DNA of 64,000 nt. Origin: an uncultured delta proteobacterium (lineage in GTDB: Bacteria; Myxococcota_A; Polyangia; Fen-1088). Shown one piece after another: positions 21,229 to 31,483 of this stretch. A program made the translations under genes and the position numbers. The notes beneath the pieces were generated by a model. That model searched no databases. It had not been told where the DNA came from and was given only the letters and a program-made list of their open reading frames with translations. How positions within the stretch are numbered: the stretch's first letter is position 1; every line of letters begins with the position of its first letter. The stretch covers positions 1,792,001-1,856,000 of the forward strand of contig CAWCMR010000025.1 in the NCBI GenBank assembly GCA_963796685.1, written 5' to 3'.

Positions 21229-24200
21229 GCATCTCCGAGCCCTTCATCCGGCGCCCCATCGCCACCACGCTGCTCATGATCGGCGTGCTCCTCGCCGGCC
21301 TCATGGGGTATCTGCAACTGCCGGTCGCTGCCCTGCCCCAGGTCGACTACCCGACCATCGTGGTGACCACCAGCCTGCCGGGCGCCAGCGCCGAGACCAT
21401 GGTCTCCTCGGTCACCACGCCGCTCGAACGCCAGTTCGGTCAGATCCCGGCGCTCAGTCAGATGACCTCGGTATCGAGCCTCAACTCGTCGCTCATCACC
21501 CTGCAATTCAATCTGGACCGCGACATCGACTCGGCCCAGCAGGACGTGCAGGCGGCGATCAACGCGGCTTCGAACCTGCTGCCGCGCAACTTGCCCACGC
21601 CACCGACCTACAGCAAGAGCAATCCCGCCGACACGCCGATTCTCACTTTCGCCATCACCTCGGACACCTTGCCCCTCAACAAGGTCGCCGACTACGTCGA
21701 CTCCATCCTGGCGCAAAAGGTTTCGCAGGTGGCCGGCGTGGGGCTCGTCACCCTGGGTGGCGGCGTCAAGCCGGCGGTCCGCGTGCGCGTGGATCCCGAG
21801 GCCCTGGCAGGCCGAGGGCTTACCCTGGAGGACGTGCGCACCATCCTGGTGGCGGCCAACGTGAACCAGCCCAAGGGATCGCTCGATGGCCAGCGCCAGA
21901 ACTACACCATCAACGTCGACGACCAGATCGAAAAGCCGGCCCATTACCGACCCCTGCTCCTGGCCTACCGCAATGGCTCGCCGGTGCGCCTGTCCGACGT
22001 GGCCGTCGTGCTCGACGACGTGGAGAACGCGCAGCTCGCAGGCTGGGCCAACCAGCACCGGGCCGTGATCATGAACGTACAACGCCAACCCGGCGCCAAC
22101 CTCATCCAGGTCACGGACCGGGTGAAGGCCCTTCTGCCGCAACTCGGCGCGTCCATGCCCAAGGGCATCGACATTTCCATCCTCTCCGATCGCACCGAAA
22201 CCGTGCGCGCCTCGGTGGACGACGTGCAATTCACCCTCGTCCTCACCATCCTGCTCGTGGTCGGGGTGATGTACCTCTTCTTGCGTTCGTTTCGCGCCAC
22301 CATCATCCCGGGCGTGGCGGTGCCGCTCTCGCTCATCGCCACGTTCGGGGTGATGCAGCTGTGCGGCTACAGCCTCAACAACCTGACCCTGATGGCTCTC
22401 ACCATCGCCACCGGCTTCGTGGTCGACGACGCCATCGTCATGGTGGAAAACATCGCACGCTACATCGAGGAGGGCCTGCCGCCCTTCGAGGCCGCACTCA
22501 AAGGCGCGCGCCAGATCGGCTTCACCATCGTTTCGCTGACCGTGTCGCTGGTGGCAGTGCTCATCCCCCTGCTCTTCATGGGCGGCATCGTGGGGCGGCT
22601 GTTTCGCGAGTTCGCCGTCACGCTGGCCATCGCCATCGGCATCTCGGCGTTTCTCTCGCTGACTCTGACCGCCATGATGGGGGGCCACCTCTTGCGCGCG
22701 CACGAGACGCCCGGACGCCTGGGGCGCAGTCTGGAGCGCGGCTGGGACGCCATGGCGCGCTTCTACGACCGCGGCCTGACCTGGGTGCTGCGCCACAAGC
22801 GCTTCACCCTGGCGGCCACCTTGGCCACCCTGGGTTTGACCGTGTTTCTGGCGTGGATCGTGCCCAAGGGCTTCTTCCCGCAACAAGACACCGGACTGCT
22901 CGTCGGCGTTACCGAGGCCTCGCCCTCCATTTCCTTTCCCGCCATGATGGATCGCCAGAGCGCTGCCGCGGACGTGGTTCGCACCGATCCCGACGTGCAG
23001 GCGGTGGCGTCCTTCATCGGTGCCGACGGCACCAATCCCACGCTCAACGTGGGCCGGCTCTCCATCACGCTCAAGCCGAGGCGGTTGCGTTCGGCCGACG
23101 CCGACGCCATCATCGCCAGGCTCGAGCCCCGCTTGCGCCAGGTCCCGGGCATCGCGGTCTACCTGCAATCCGTGCAAGATCTCCAAGTCGATACACGCAC
23201 GAGCAGGACGCAGTTCCAGCTCACGCTCGAAGACGCGGATCCCGGCGAGCTCGACGTGTGGGCGCCGCGCGTGCTCGGCGCCATGACGGATTTGCCGGTG
23301 CTTCGTGACGTGGCCAGCGATCACCAATCGACCTCGCTCGGGCTTTCCCTGGTCATCGACCGCGACACGGCTTCCCGCCTCGGCGTCACCGCGCAGGCCC
23401 TCGACGACACGCTCTACGATGCCTTCGGCCAGCGCCAGGTGTCGACCATCTTCACCCAGCTCAACTTGTATCGCGTGATCCTGGAGGTCGCGCCGGCATT
23501 TCAGCAGAACCCCACCGCCCTGCGCTCCATCTATGTGCGTTCGGCCAACGGTGATCCAGTTCAGCTCGATACGCTGGCGCACTACGAGCAATCGCCCCAC
23601 ACCCCGACCATCGCACACCAGGGGCAATTCCCTGCCGCGACCCTGTCGTTCAACCTGGCTCCCGGCGAGGCCCTGGGCGACGCCGTGTCCGCCATCGACG
23701 CCGCCATGCAGTCGCTCGATCTGCCGCCCGGCGTACACCCCTCGTTTCAAGGCACGGCCAAGGTCTTCTCCGAATCGCTCGCCAACGAGCCCATCCTCAT
23801 TCTCGCCGCGCTCATCACCATGTACATCGTGCTCGGCGTTCTCTACGAGAGCTACATCCACCCCATCACCATTCTCAGCACCTTGCCCTCGGCGGGCGTG
23901 GGGGCCTTGCTCGCGCTCATCATCTGCCGCATCGAATTTTCCATCATCGCGCTCATCGGCATCATCCTGCTCATCGGCATCGTCAAGAAGAACGCCATCA
24001 TGATGATCGACTTCGCCCTCGAAGCCGAGCGCGAGAGGGGGCTCGATCCCGAGAGCGCCATCCATCAGGCGTGTCTTTTGCGCTTCCGTCCCATCATGAT
24101 GACCACCATGGCGGCCTTGCTCGGCGGCTTGCCCATGGCGCTCGGCCGGGGCACAGGCGCGGAGCTTCGCCGTCCGCTCGGCATCGCCATCGTGGGCGGG

Positions 24201-24338
24201 CTGCTCATCTCGCAGGTGCTGACCTTGTACACCACGCCCGTCATCTACCTGGCCATGGATCGTCTGCGCCATCTCGGACGAGCAGGTCATCCACGGACGA
24301 CGGTCGCGCAACCGACGCTGGGAGAGCCGGTGGCGTGA
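21225..24338 (+). CDS. mdtB: RND transporter, MdtB-like
   Basis: FIRRPIATTLLM, LPQVDYPTI, GFVVDDAIV, IVKKNAIMMIDF, RFRPIMMT. Confidence 0.92.
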   Translation: MSISEPFIRRPIATTLLMIGVLLAGLMGYLQLPVAALPQVDYPTIVVTTSLPGASAETMVSSVTTPLERQFGQIPALSQMTSVSSLNSSLITLQFNLDRDIDSAQQDVQAAINAASNLLPRNLPTPPTYSKSNPADTPILTFAITSDTLPLNKVADYVDSILAQKVSQVAGVGLVTLGGGVKPAVRVRVDPEALAGRGLTLEDVRTILVAANVNQPKGSLDGQRQNYTINVDDQIEKPAHYRPLLLAYRNGSPVRLSDVAVVLDDVENAQLAGWANQHRAVIMNVQRQPGANLIQVTDRVKALLPQLGASMPKGIDISILSDRTETVRASVDDVQFTLVLTILLVVGVMYLFLRSFRATIIPGVAVPLSLIATFGVMQLCGYSLNNLTLMALTIATGFVVDDAIVMVENIARYIEEGLPPFEAALKGARQIGFTIVSLTVSLVAVLIPLLFMGGIVGRLFREFAVTLAIAIGISAFLSLTLTAMMGGHLLRAHETPGRLGRSLERGWDAMARFYDRGLTWVLRHKRFTLAATLATLGLTVFLAWIVPKGFFPQQDTGLLVGVTEASPSISFPAMMDRQSAAADVVRTDPDVQAVASFIGADGTNPTLNVGRLSITLKPRRLRSADADAIIARLEPRLRQVPGIAVYLQSVQDLQVDTRTSRTQFQLTLEDADPGELDVWAPRVLGAMTDLPVLRDVASDHQSTSLGLSLVIDRDTASRLGVTAQALDDTLYDAFGQRQVSTIFTQLNLYRVILEVAPAFQQNPTALRSIYVRSANGDPVQLDTLAHYEQSPHTPTIAHQGQFPAATLSFNLAPGEALGDAVSAIDAAMQSLDLPPGVHPSFQGTAKVFSESLANEPILILAALITMYIVLGVLYESYIHPITILSTLPSAGVGALLALIICRIEFSIIALIGIILLIGIVKKNAIMMIDFALEAERERGLDPESAIHQACLLRFRPIMMTTMAALLGGLPMALGRGTGAELRRPLGIAIVGGLLISQVLTLYTTPVIYLAMDRLRHLGRAGHPRTTVAQPTLGEPVA

Positions 24339-27300
24339 ACATCTCCGGGCCCTTCCTTCGCCGACCGATTGCCACGTCGCTGCTGGCCGTCGCGCTCATC
24401 TTGGCGGGTCTGGCTGCCTACGCCAACCTGCCGGTGGCGCCCCTGCCGCGTGTGGATTTTCCCACCATCAACGTGCAGGCGGCGTTGCCCGGCGCCAGCC
24501 CCGAGACCATGGCCAGCGCGGTGGCCACGCCGCTCGAACGTCGCTTCGGCCGCATCGCGGGGTTGACCGAGATGACCTCGGCCAGCTCGCTCGGCGCCAC
24601 CAGCATCACCATGCAGTTCGATCTGAACCGTGACATCACGGGCGCCGCGCGCGATGTGCAGGCGGCCATCAATGCGGCGGGCGGCGAGCTGCCCCCGAAT
24701 TTGCCGAGCCGTCCCACCTACCGCAAGGTCAATCCCTCCGACGCGCCCGTGCTCATCGTGGCCCTCTCCTCGGACACCTTGCCGCTGGCGCAGGTCTACG
24801 ACACGGCCAACACCATCTTGGCGCAGAAGGTGTCGCAGGTCGACGGCGTGGGCCAGGTCTTCGTGGGCGGAGGACAGCAGCCCGCCGTGCGCGTGCAGGT
24901 CGATCTCGACGCCCTGGCGGGGCTCGGTCTCGGCATGGTGGACGTGCGCGCCGCGCTCGCGCAGGCCACGGTCAACAGCCCCGAGGGTGCGCTGGCCGAC
25001 GATCAACGCACGCTGGTCTTGTCGTCGAACGATCAACTCTTCGGGGCCGAGGCCTTTCGCAACGTCATCGTCGCCTACCGCGGCGGCGCGGCGGTTCGCC
25101 TGCGCGACGTGGCCAAGGTCTTCGACGACGTCGAGAACAACCGCGTGGCGGGCTGGTTCGACGGCAAGCGGGCGGTGGTCCTGGTCATCCGCCGGCAACC
25201 GGGGGCCAACATCCTCGACACCATCGACCGGGTCAAGGCCCTGCTGCCCACCTTGGCGACCTCCATCTCTCCCGCCATCAAGATGGAGATCGCCCTCGAC
25301 CGCGCCAACACCATCCGCGCCTCGGTCCGCGACGTGGAGGCGACCTTGCTCCTCAGCATCGGTCTGGTCGTGCTGGTGGTGCTGCTGTTCTTGCGTCGGC
25401 CGCGCGCCACGCTCATCCCCGCCGTGGCCATCCCGCTGTCGCTCACGGGAACCTTCGCGGTCATGTACCTGCTCGACTACAGCATCGACAACCTGTCGCT
25501 CATGGCGTTGACCATCGCCACCGGGTTCGTGGTCGACGATGCCATCGTGGTGGTGGAAAATATCATGCGCCACGTGGAACAGGGCATGGCGCCTCGCGAG
25601 GCCGCGTATCTCGGCGCGAAAGAGATCGGCTTCACCATCGTGTCCATCACCGTGTCGCTGCTCGCGGTCTTCATTCCGCTCTTGCTCATGGGCGGCTTGG
25701 TGGGTCGCCTGTTTCGGGAATTCTCGGTCACGCTCAGCATCGCCATCGTGGTGTCGGCGGTGGTGTCGCTCACCCTCACTCCGACCATGTCCGCGCGCCT
25801 CCTGCGGCAGTCCGCCCATGACGAGCCCTCGCGCTTCGCGCGGGTGTCCGAGCGCGGGTTCACGGCGCTGCAGGGACTCTACGCCCGTCTTCTCGACTGG
25901 ATCTTGCGCCACCAGGTCGCGGCGCTCGCCCTCACTCTCGGCACCCTGGCCTTCACGGTCTTTCTCTACGTGGTCGTGCCCAAGGGCCTCTTTCCCCAGC
26001 AAGACACCGGCATGTTGGCCGGCTCGACCGAGGCCAGCCAGGACGTGTCGTTCTTGGCCATGAAGGCCTACCAGGAGCAGGTCAATGCCCTGGTCTCGGC
26101 CGATCCCGACGTGGAGCACGTGGTGTCCTTCATCGGGTCGTCCAATGCCTCGACGGGCAATACCGGGACCCTGTTCATCTCCTTGCGACCCAAGCCCGGA
26201 CGCAAGTCCACCGCCGACCAGGTCATCGCCCGTCTCCGTCCCAAGGTGGGGCGGGTGCCAGGCATGCGCCTGTTCTTGCAATCCGTGCAGGACCTGCGCC
26301 TCGGCGGGCGCTCGTCGCGCACGCAGTATCAATACACGCTCCAGGACGCCACCCTCGACGAGCTCAAGGAATGGGCGCCGCGTGTGCTGGAAAAGCTGCG
26401 CACCCTGCCCGCGCTCAAGGACGTGAACACGGACCAACAGACTGCCGGGCTCCAGCTCGGCGTGACTTTGGACCGCGAGCGCGCCTCGCGCTACGGCATC
26501 CTGCCCCAGGCCGTGGACGAGGCGCTCTACGATGCCTTCGGCCAGCGCCAGGTCGCGGTTTCGTACACTCAGCTCAACTACTACCGCGTGGTGCTGGAGG
26601 CCAGAAGCGGGCAACAGAGCGGTCCCGAAGCCCTTCGGCGCGTCTACGTATCCACGCCCACCGGCGCGCAGGTGCCGCTGTCGGAGATCGCGAGCTTCGA
26701 CCCCGGCAACGCTTCGCTCGCGGTCAATCACCAAGGACAATTTCCGGCTACCACGATCTCGTTCAACCTGGCCCCCGGCATTGCGCTCGGCGAAGCCGTC
26801 GAGCTCATCCACAAGGCCGAGGGGCAGCTCCACTTTCCCGCCAGCCTGCGCGGCAGCTTCATGGGAACCGCGCAGGCCTTCAAGAGCTCCACCGACAGTC
26901 AGCCTTTGCTCATTCTCGCCGCGCTCATCACCGTGTACCTCGTGCTCGGCATGCTGTACGAGAGCCTGATCCATCCCATCACCATCCTGTCGACGTTGCC
27001 GTCGGCGGGGGTGGGGGCGCTCCTGGCCCTTCTCGCGTTCCAGATCGAGTTCAGCATCATCGCGCTCATCGGCATCATCCTGCTCATCGGCATCGTGAAG
27101 AAGAACGCCATCATCCTGGTCGACTTCGCCATCGAGTCGAGGCGCACGCGCGGCACCTCGGCCGCGGCGGCCATTCGCGAGGCCAGCCTGCTACGCTTCC
27201 GTCCCATCTTGATGACCACCATGGCCGCGCTCCTCGGGGCGTTGCCGCTGGCCCTGGGGGGAGGCATGGGGTCCGAGCTGCGTCGGCCACTCGGCATCGC

Positions 27301-27448
27301 CATGGTGGGCGGGCTCTTTCTCTCCCAGCTCGTGACCCTGCTTACGACCCCGGTCATCTACCTTTGGCTCGATCGCATCTTTGCGCGAAAGAAGGCACCC
27401 GCGGTGGCGGTGGTGGAAGTGGGGCGGCCAGCCGGCGAGACGGGGTAG
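24335..27448 (+). CDS. mdtC: RND transporter, MdtC-like
   Basis: GTG overlaps the mdtB stop; LPVAPLPRVDFPTI, GFVVDDAIVVVEN, RFRPILMT. Confidence 0.92.
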   Translation: MNISGPFLRRPIATSLLAVALILAGLAAYANLPVAPLPRVDFPTINVQAALPGASPETMASAVATPLERRFGRIAGLTEMTSASSLGATSITMQFDLNRDITGAARDVQAAINAAGGELPPNLPSRPTYRKVNPSDAPVLIVALSSDTLPLAQVYDTANTILAQKVSQVDGVGQVFVGGGQQPAVRVQVDLDALAGLGLGMVDVRAALAQATVNSPEGALADDQRTLVLSSNDQLFGAEAFRNVIVAYRGGAAVRLRDVAKVFDDVENNRVAGWFDGKRAVVLVIRRQPGANILDTIDRVKALLPTLATSISPAIKMEIALDRANTIRASVRDVEATLLLSIGLVVLVVLLFLRRPRATLIPAVAIPLSLTGTFAVMYLLDYSIDNLSLMALTIATGFVVDDAIVVVENIMRHVEQGMAPREAAYLGAKEIGFTIVSITVSLLAVFIPLLLMGGLVGRLFREFSVTLSIAIVVSAVVSLTLTPTMSARLLRQSAHDEPSRFARVSERGFTALQGLYARLLDWILRHQVAALALTLGTLAFTVFLYVVVPKGLFPQQDTGMLAGSTEASQDVSFLAMKAYQEQVNALVSADPDVEHVVSFIGSSNASTGNTGTLFISLRPKPGRKSTADQVIARLRPKVGRVPGMRLFLQSVQDLRLGGRSSRTQYQYTLQDATLDELKEWAPRVLEKLRTLPALKDVNTDQQTAGLQLGVTLDRERASRYGILPQAVDEALYDAFGQRQVAVSYTQLNYYRVVLEARSGQQSGPEALRRVYVSTPTGAQVPLSEIASFDPGNASLAVNHQGQFPATTISFNLAPGIALGEAVELIHKAEGQLHFPASLRGSFMGTAQAFKSSTDSQPLLILAALITVYLVLGMLYESLIHPITILSTLPSAGVGALLALLAFQIEFSIIALIGIILLIGIVKKNAIILVDFAIESRRTRGTSAAAAIREASLLRFRPILMTTMAALLGALPLALGGGMGSELRRPLGIAMVGGLFLSQLVTLLTTPVIYLWLDRIFARKKAPAVAVVEVGRPAGETG

Positions 27449-27546
27449 CTACCGCCTGGCAACCCGCCTGTCGCAGGCGTCCCATCCCCGTAGTGTCCGG
27501 GAATTCATCGCCGCCGGTCATGTAGCCTCTCGCAACCCGTACGAGC

Positions 27547-28416
27547 TCACGCATCGAGAGCCGTAATCTGCATCTCCGCGAGACTCGAGCGATCCGCGAC
27601 CGCCTCGATGCTGCTGACGCGATCGCCGTCGAACGTGAGCGCGAGAATCAACAGCAACTTACCCTTCGGTGCCACCGTGATGCCCAACTCGCCGTCGATG
27701 AATGCCAGGGCTGCCGCTTGAGCGCGACCAGAAAACAACTTGGCCACCGCCTCGGCTCCGCGGACCTCTTGCTCGCCGCCCATCTTGGCCGCGACCGCGT
27801 CGGCTCGGAACACGATATTGGGATCGAGTGCCGCGAGCAAAGCCTGAAAATCGCCATCCTTCGAGGCCGCAAGAAATGCCTCGGCGATCGCTTGCCGGCG
27901 GCCGCGGTCGTGCTCGTCCGCTACGGGAACGCCTTGCACCCGACGGCGAGCGCGACTCGCGAGCTGCCGCGTAGCCACCGAAGTGCGCCCGATGATCGGC
28001 GCGATCTCGTCGAAACCGAGATCGAACATGTCGTGCAACACGAAGGCAACGCGTTCCGCGGGCGTCAGAGTGTCGAGCAAAACCAACAGAGCCAACCCAA
28101 CGGATTCGAGCAGTGCACGCTGATCCGGATCCCCGTCGTTGGCGGTGGCCGTGGGCGTCGGCGGCTCAGCATCATAGGATTGCTCGCCCCGCGTCTTGCG
28201 AGAACGCAGCATATCGAGGCAAATACGCGCCACGATCGTCGTCATCCAACCCCCGAGATTGTGCACCGCTTCGCAGTCCGCGCGGCTCATCCGCAACCAC
28301 GCCTCCTGAACGGCGTCATCGGCCTCTGCAGCCGAACCGAGCATACGCACCGCCACCGCTTGCAAATGCCGGCGCTGACTCTCGAATTGCTGGGCCAAGA
28401 AATTTCGTTCGTTCAT
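27547..28416 (-). CDS. ECF sigma factor, ECF41/SigJ-like with SnoaL C-terminal extension
   Basis: RMLGS..EADDAVQEAWLR, ERVAFVLHDMF, RQLASRARRRV, C-terminal FLAA..GDFQALLAALDP..RGAEAVA. Confidence 0.88.
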   Translation of the reverse strand: MNERNFLAQQFESQRRHLQAVAVRMLGSAAEADDAVQEAWLRMSRADCEAVHNLGGWMTTIVARICLDMLRSRKTRGEQSYDAEPPTPTATANDGDPDQRALLESVGLALLVLLDTLTPAERVAFVLHDMFDLGFDEIAPIIGRTSVATRQLASRARRRVQGVPVADEHDRGRRQAIAEAFLAASKDGDFQALLAALDPNIVFRADAVAAKMGGEQEVRGAEAVAKLFSGRAQAAALAFIDGELGITVAPKGKLLLILALTFDGDRVSSIEAVADRSSLAEMQITALDA

Positions 28417-28443
28417 CGTCACACTCCAAGCTGGCATTTCGTC
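28417..28443 (+). promoter_or_regulatory. ECF41-type promoter for the CMD/AhpD gene
   Basis: CGTCACA-N16-CGTC versus consensus TGTCACA-N16-CGTC. Confidence 0.7.
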
Positions 28444-28451
28444 ATCCGGTT

Positions 28452-28478
28452 GACGAGGCCATCACGAGCTTCGTGACA
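28452..28478 (-). promoter_or_regulatory. ECF41-type promoter for the sigma gene (autoregulatory)
   Basis: Minus strand TGTCACG-N16-CGTC. Confidence 0.7.
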
Positions 28479-28491
28479 AGGAGAACGAAGA

Positions 28492-29010
28492 ATGACTCAA
28501 GTAAGCCCAAATTTCGATAACCTGGGTGCTCTAGCCACCACCGCGCAACCCTCGAAGCACCCCCGCATCAAGAACCCCGCAATGCTGCTGCCTGGTGCGA
28601 TGCAGGGGATCCAAACCGTCATGGGTGCCATCTACAAGAGCGGCGTGCCCGCGGGCACCCTCGAGCTCTGTCACCTCAGAGCTAGCCAAATCAACGGTTG
28701 CCACCTATGCATCGCCACTGGTCTCGAGCAAGCCAAGCGTGCCGGTGAAACCGAAGAGCGCCTCGCCGCCATATCCACTTGGCGTGACTCCACAGTCTTC
28801 ACCGAGCCCGAGCGTGCCGCCCTCGAGCTCGCCGAATCCGTCACCCGACTTGCCGATTGCACCGATCCCGTCCCCGACGTGATCTGGCAACGCGCCACTC
28901 GCCATTTCGACGAGCAGAGCCTCGCCGCGCTGGTCCTCATGATTGGTCTCACGAATGCGTTCAATCGGTTTAACGTGAGCACGCGCCAAGTGGCTGCAGA
29001 GTGGGGTTGA
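28492..29010 (+). CDS. Carboxymuconolactone decarboxylase/AhpD-family protein
   Basis: ELCHLRASQINGCHLC, WRDS..FTEPERAALELAE, NAFNR; the usual ECF41 neighbour. Confidence 0.9.
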   Translation: MTQVSPNFDNLGALATTAQPSKHPRIKNPAMLLPGAMQGIQTVMGAIYKSGVPAGTLELCHLRASQINGCHLCIATGLEQAKRAGETEERLAAISTWRDSTVFTEPERAALELAESVTRLADCTDPVPDVIWQRATRHFDEQSLAALVLMIGLTNAFNRFNVSTRQVAAEWG

Positions 29011-29070
29011 GTGGGGGAGTCGGGTTGGTTAATTGGGGAGCCAGCAGGGGCGTGCCCGGCTCCCCTACAT

Positions 29071-29086
29071 TGGCAACTGGCGTGCA
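29071..29086 (+). promoter_or_regulatory. Sigma-54 -24/-12 promoter candidate
   Basis: TGGCAACTGGCGTGCA (GG-N10-GC) upstream of the Spy/ZraP-like gene. Confidence 0.55.
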
Positions 29087-29138
29087 AAGTCACCTTCGTC
29101 GTGCCAGAACCCGCCGGCACAATCCACGGAGACAACCC

Positions 29139-29726
29139 ATGAACCAGCTCGCAAGAACCCTCGCAATCGCGGCTCTGTTGATGACTGCCACCAGCGCCCA
29201 GGCCGGACCGCACGGGCCGAAGGGCGATGGTCCCAAGGCCGGCGGGCCGATGGCCGACCTGAACCTCACCCCGGAGCAGAAGCAGAAGATCGAGCAGATC
29301 CACGCCGCTGCCGTCAAGCAGGCCGAACCGTTGCAAAAAGAGCTGGGCGCCAAGATGAAGGAGTTGCAGGCGCTGTGGGCGGTCGACAAGCCCGACAAAG
29401 CCGCGATCGAACGCAAGCACGACGAGATGAACCCCATCTTCGCGAAGCTGCGCAACATTTACATTGACAGCAAATTGCAGATCCACGCGGTTCTCACGCC
29501 AGAACAGCGGGCCAAGTGGTCGAGCCACCAGGACATGCACGGCATGATGATGGGGCCGGGCATGGGCATGGGGTACGGCGGGGGAATGGCCGGTCCGCAC
29601 GGTGGCGCCTACGCCGGCATGGGCGGTGACTGTCCGTGCATGCACGGTGACTGCGCTGTCAAGCAGGGCGGCGAGTGCCCCTGTAAGCAAGCTGCGGGCA
29701 AGGGGCCCAAGCCGGAGAAGAAGTAG
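29139..29726 (+). CDS. Spy/CpxP/ZraP-family periplasmic protein with Met/His/Cys-rich tail
   Basis: Signal peptide; LNLTPEQK and VLTPEQR (LTxxQ) motifs; tail CPCMHGDC...CPC. Confidence 0.85.
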   Translation: MNQLARTLAIAALLMTATSAQAGPHGPKGDGPKAGGPMADLNLTPEQKQKIEQIHAAAVKQAEPLQKELGAKMKELQALWAVDKPDKAAIERKHDEMNPIFAKLRNIYIDSKLQIHAVLTPEQRAKWSSHQDMHGMMMGPGMGMGYGGGMAGPHGGAYAGMGGDCPCMHGDCAVKQGGECPCKQAAGKGPKPEKK

Positions 29727-29899
29727 CTCGCTGTCACCTCGACGAGCGCGCCAGGCAGTGCCGGCCTTCGGGCAACTGGCGACACTGCTTGTCCGCACTT
29801 CTTGTCCACGGAAGGTCGGTGGCGGGAGCTGCGGCCAACCAGCGTGTCGCTCGAGATGCTGAAGATCTGCGTCCGGAATGGCCAGCTCGGACTCAGCCT

Positions 29900-30673
29900 T
29901 CACAGGGCGTCGATGGCCTGCGCGCAGGCGCCAAGTTGCGCAAGCGCGCCGGTGAGCGCAGTGGCCGATTCGGGATTGCGGATGAAGCGTTCAATCTCGC
30001 CGCCGTCGACTTTCATGCGCGCGACCAGGCCCGCGGGTGTGGTCTCGAGCAACCATCCCGAGAGCCGCTCGCGGCAGGTCTGCAAGGGGTCTGTGCTCTG
30101 CGGCGGCAGCGCCGCCTCGTCCGCATCGCTCACCCCAGGAATCCAAGCGGCCAGCAGCACGTGCACACTGGGGGGCTGGAGATGGAGTGGCTTCAGGTTC
30201 AGCTCGATCAGCGCATGGTAGGGCCCCACCGTGGTCCGCACCGAATAGAACCAGAGACCGAGCGAGCGCACGCGCCAGAAGAAGTCGAGCCCCCCGTACA
30301 TGAACAGGTAAAGGCCAATGGCGACAGGCGCAGCCGGGAAGCTGTCGCCGAGGAGCTTGTAGGCTGCCAGTGCCAGAAGGATGGGGAGCGCCTGCGCGGC
30401 CACGAAGAGAGCGATGCCGAACTGTCCCCATGTTCCAACGCTCGCCGTGGTGGCGTCCCAGTCCGCCTTGGTGGCCACCGCAGCGTCTGCGGCGACCTGC
30501 TGATGCGCGAACTTCTCTCGAAACTCGCGCAGCTCCGCGAGGAGCTGCGCCGGCACCGGCTGGTGCAGGCTGCAGAACGGACAATCCACCTCCGGCTCTG
30601 GACGCGCGATCGTGAAGCTTGCACCGCATCCGGCGCAGGCGATGAGCCGCGCCGTGGTCACCGTCTCTGCCAT
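29900..30673 (-). CDS. Zinc-ribbon membrane protein
   Basis: CAGCG...CPFC followed by two TM segments; start overlaps the upstream stop. Confidence 0.7.
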   Translation of the reverse strand: MAETVTTARLIACAGCGASFTIARPEPEVDCPFCSLHQPVPAQLLAELREFREKFAHQQVAADAAVATKADWDATTASVGTWGQFGIALFVAAQALPILLALAAYKLLGDSFPAAPVAIGLYLFMYGGLDFFWRVRSLGLWFYSVRTTVGPYHALIELNLKPLHLQPPSVHVLLAAWIPGVSDADEAALPPQSTDPLQTCRERLSGWLLETTPAGLVARMKVDGGEIERFIRNPESATALTGALAQLGACAQAIDAL

Positions 30674-31116
30674 CAGGACTTACCCGTCGTGGAAGCTGCA
30701 TCTCGAGCCGCCTGGTAGGCCTGTCCGACCGTAGGCGGCGCTTGATAAACAATCGGCACATCGCGGTTCACCCGCATGGCCAGGGGAATCTTCGCATGCA
30801 CCCCGGGAACGTACTTGCGCCCCAGGGGGCCGTGGCTGGCGCCATACACGAGCTGCAGCTTCTTGCGTCCGGGCAGCAGCAAGACGCTGTGAAGACGAGG
30901 GGTGGCAGGTTTCCAGGGCTCGTCGAGGGAAAATGCGAGGGTGGGCGGAGGGGGCACGAGGAAGCTGAACGTGGGGATGTCCGGGTGCATGCCGGTCAGG
31001 ACGATCGTGAAGGTGAAGGTGGCCTTCGCCACCGCCATCCCGCCGCGAGACGGCTCGTCGGGCATCTCGCTGACCAGCAGCTGCGCCGGTACTTCCGTCT
31101 GATTAACCAATTGCAT
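30673..31116 (-). pseudogene. Internally deleted DUF2169 (T6SS adaptor-like) gene
   Basis: DUF2169-like N-terminus (MQLVNQT...VAKATF) joined directly to a C-terminal-like segment (LTGMHP..FSFLVP..LHSVLLLP..LQLVY). Confidence 0.65.
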
Positions 31117-31483
31117 GTGAGATGATTCCCGGAATGCGGCCATCCTACTCCGCTCAGACGCCGGGTGCCAAAGGCCGAAGTGTTGAACCCCCAAGGCGCT
31201 GGAATGCGCCTGGCGGAGAGCGTTCGGGTCGACAATCCTTTCGAGTACGATCGCATGCCCTGACCTCGATGCCTGCCGCGGTGCGAGTATTCACTGGCAA
31301 GCCGTGGGATGCTTTCGCTGAGGGGGTCCGGCGGGGGCCAAGGGAACGGGGTAGCCCGTGCAGAAATTTGGCATCGAATGCCCTTGTGGCGACATCTCAC
31401 TCAACGACCTCAACGCATGGGGTGCAGGTGGCCGAGGTGGGCCACTCGAATACGATCACGTGAAAATACGGAGGAATGATTCT

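Noticed and set aside
20985-26974. Very long antisense ORFs (1108 and 895 aa) opposite mdtB/mdtC, and similar ones opposite rml, pepT and rseP
   Set aside because: Expected shadow frames in high-GC coding DNA; no motifs.
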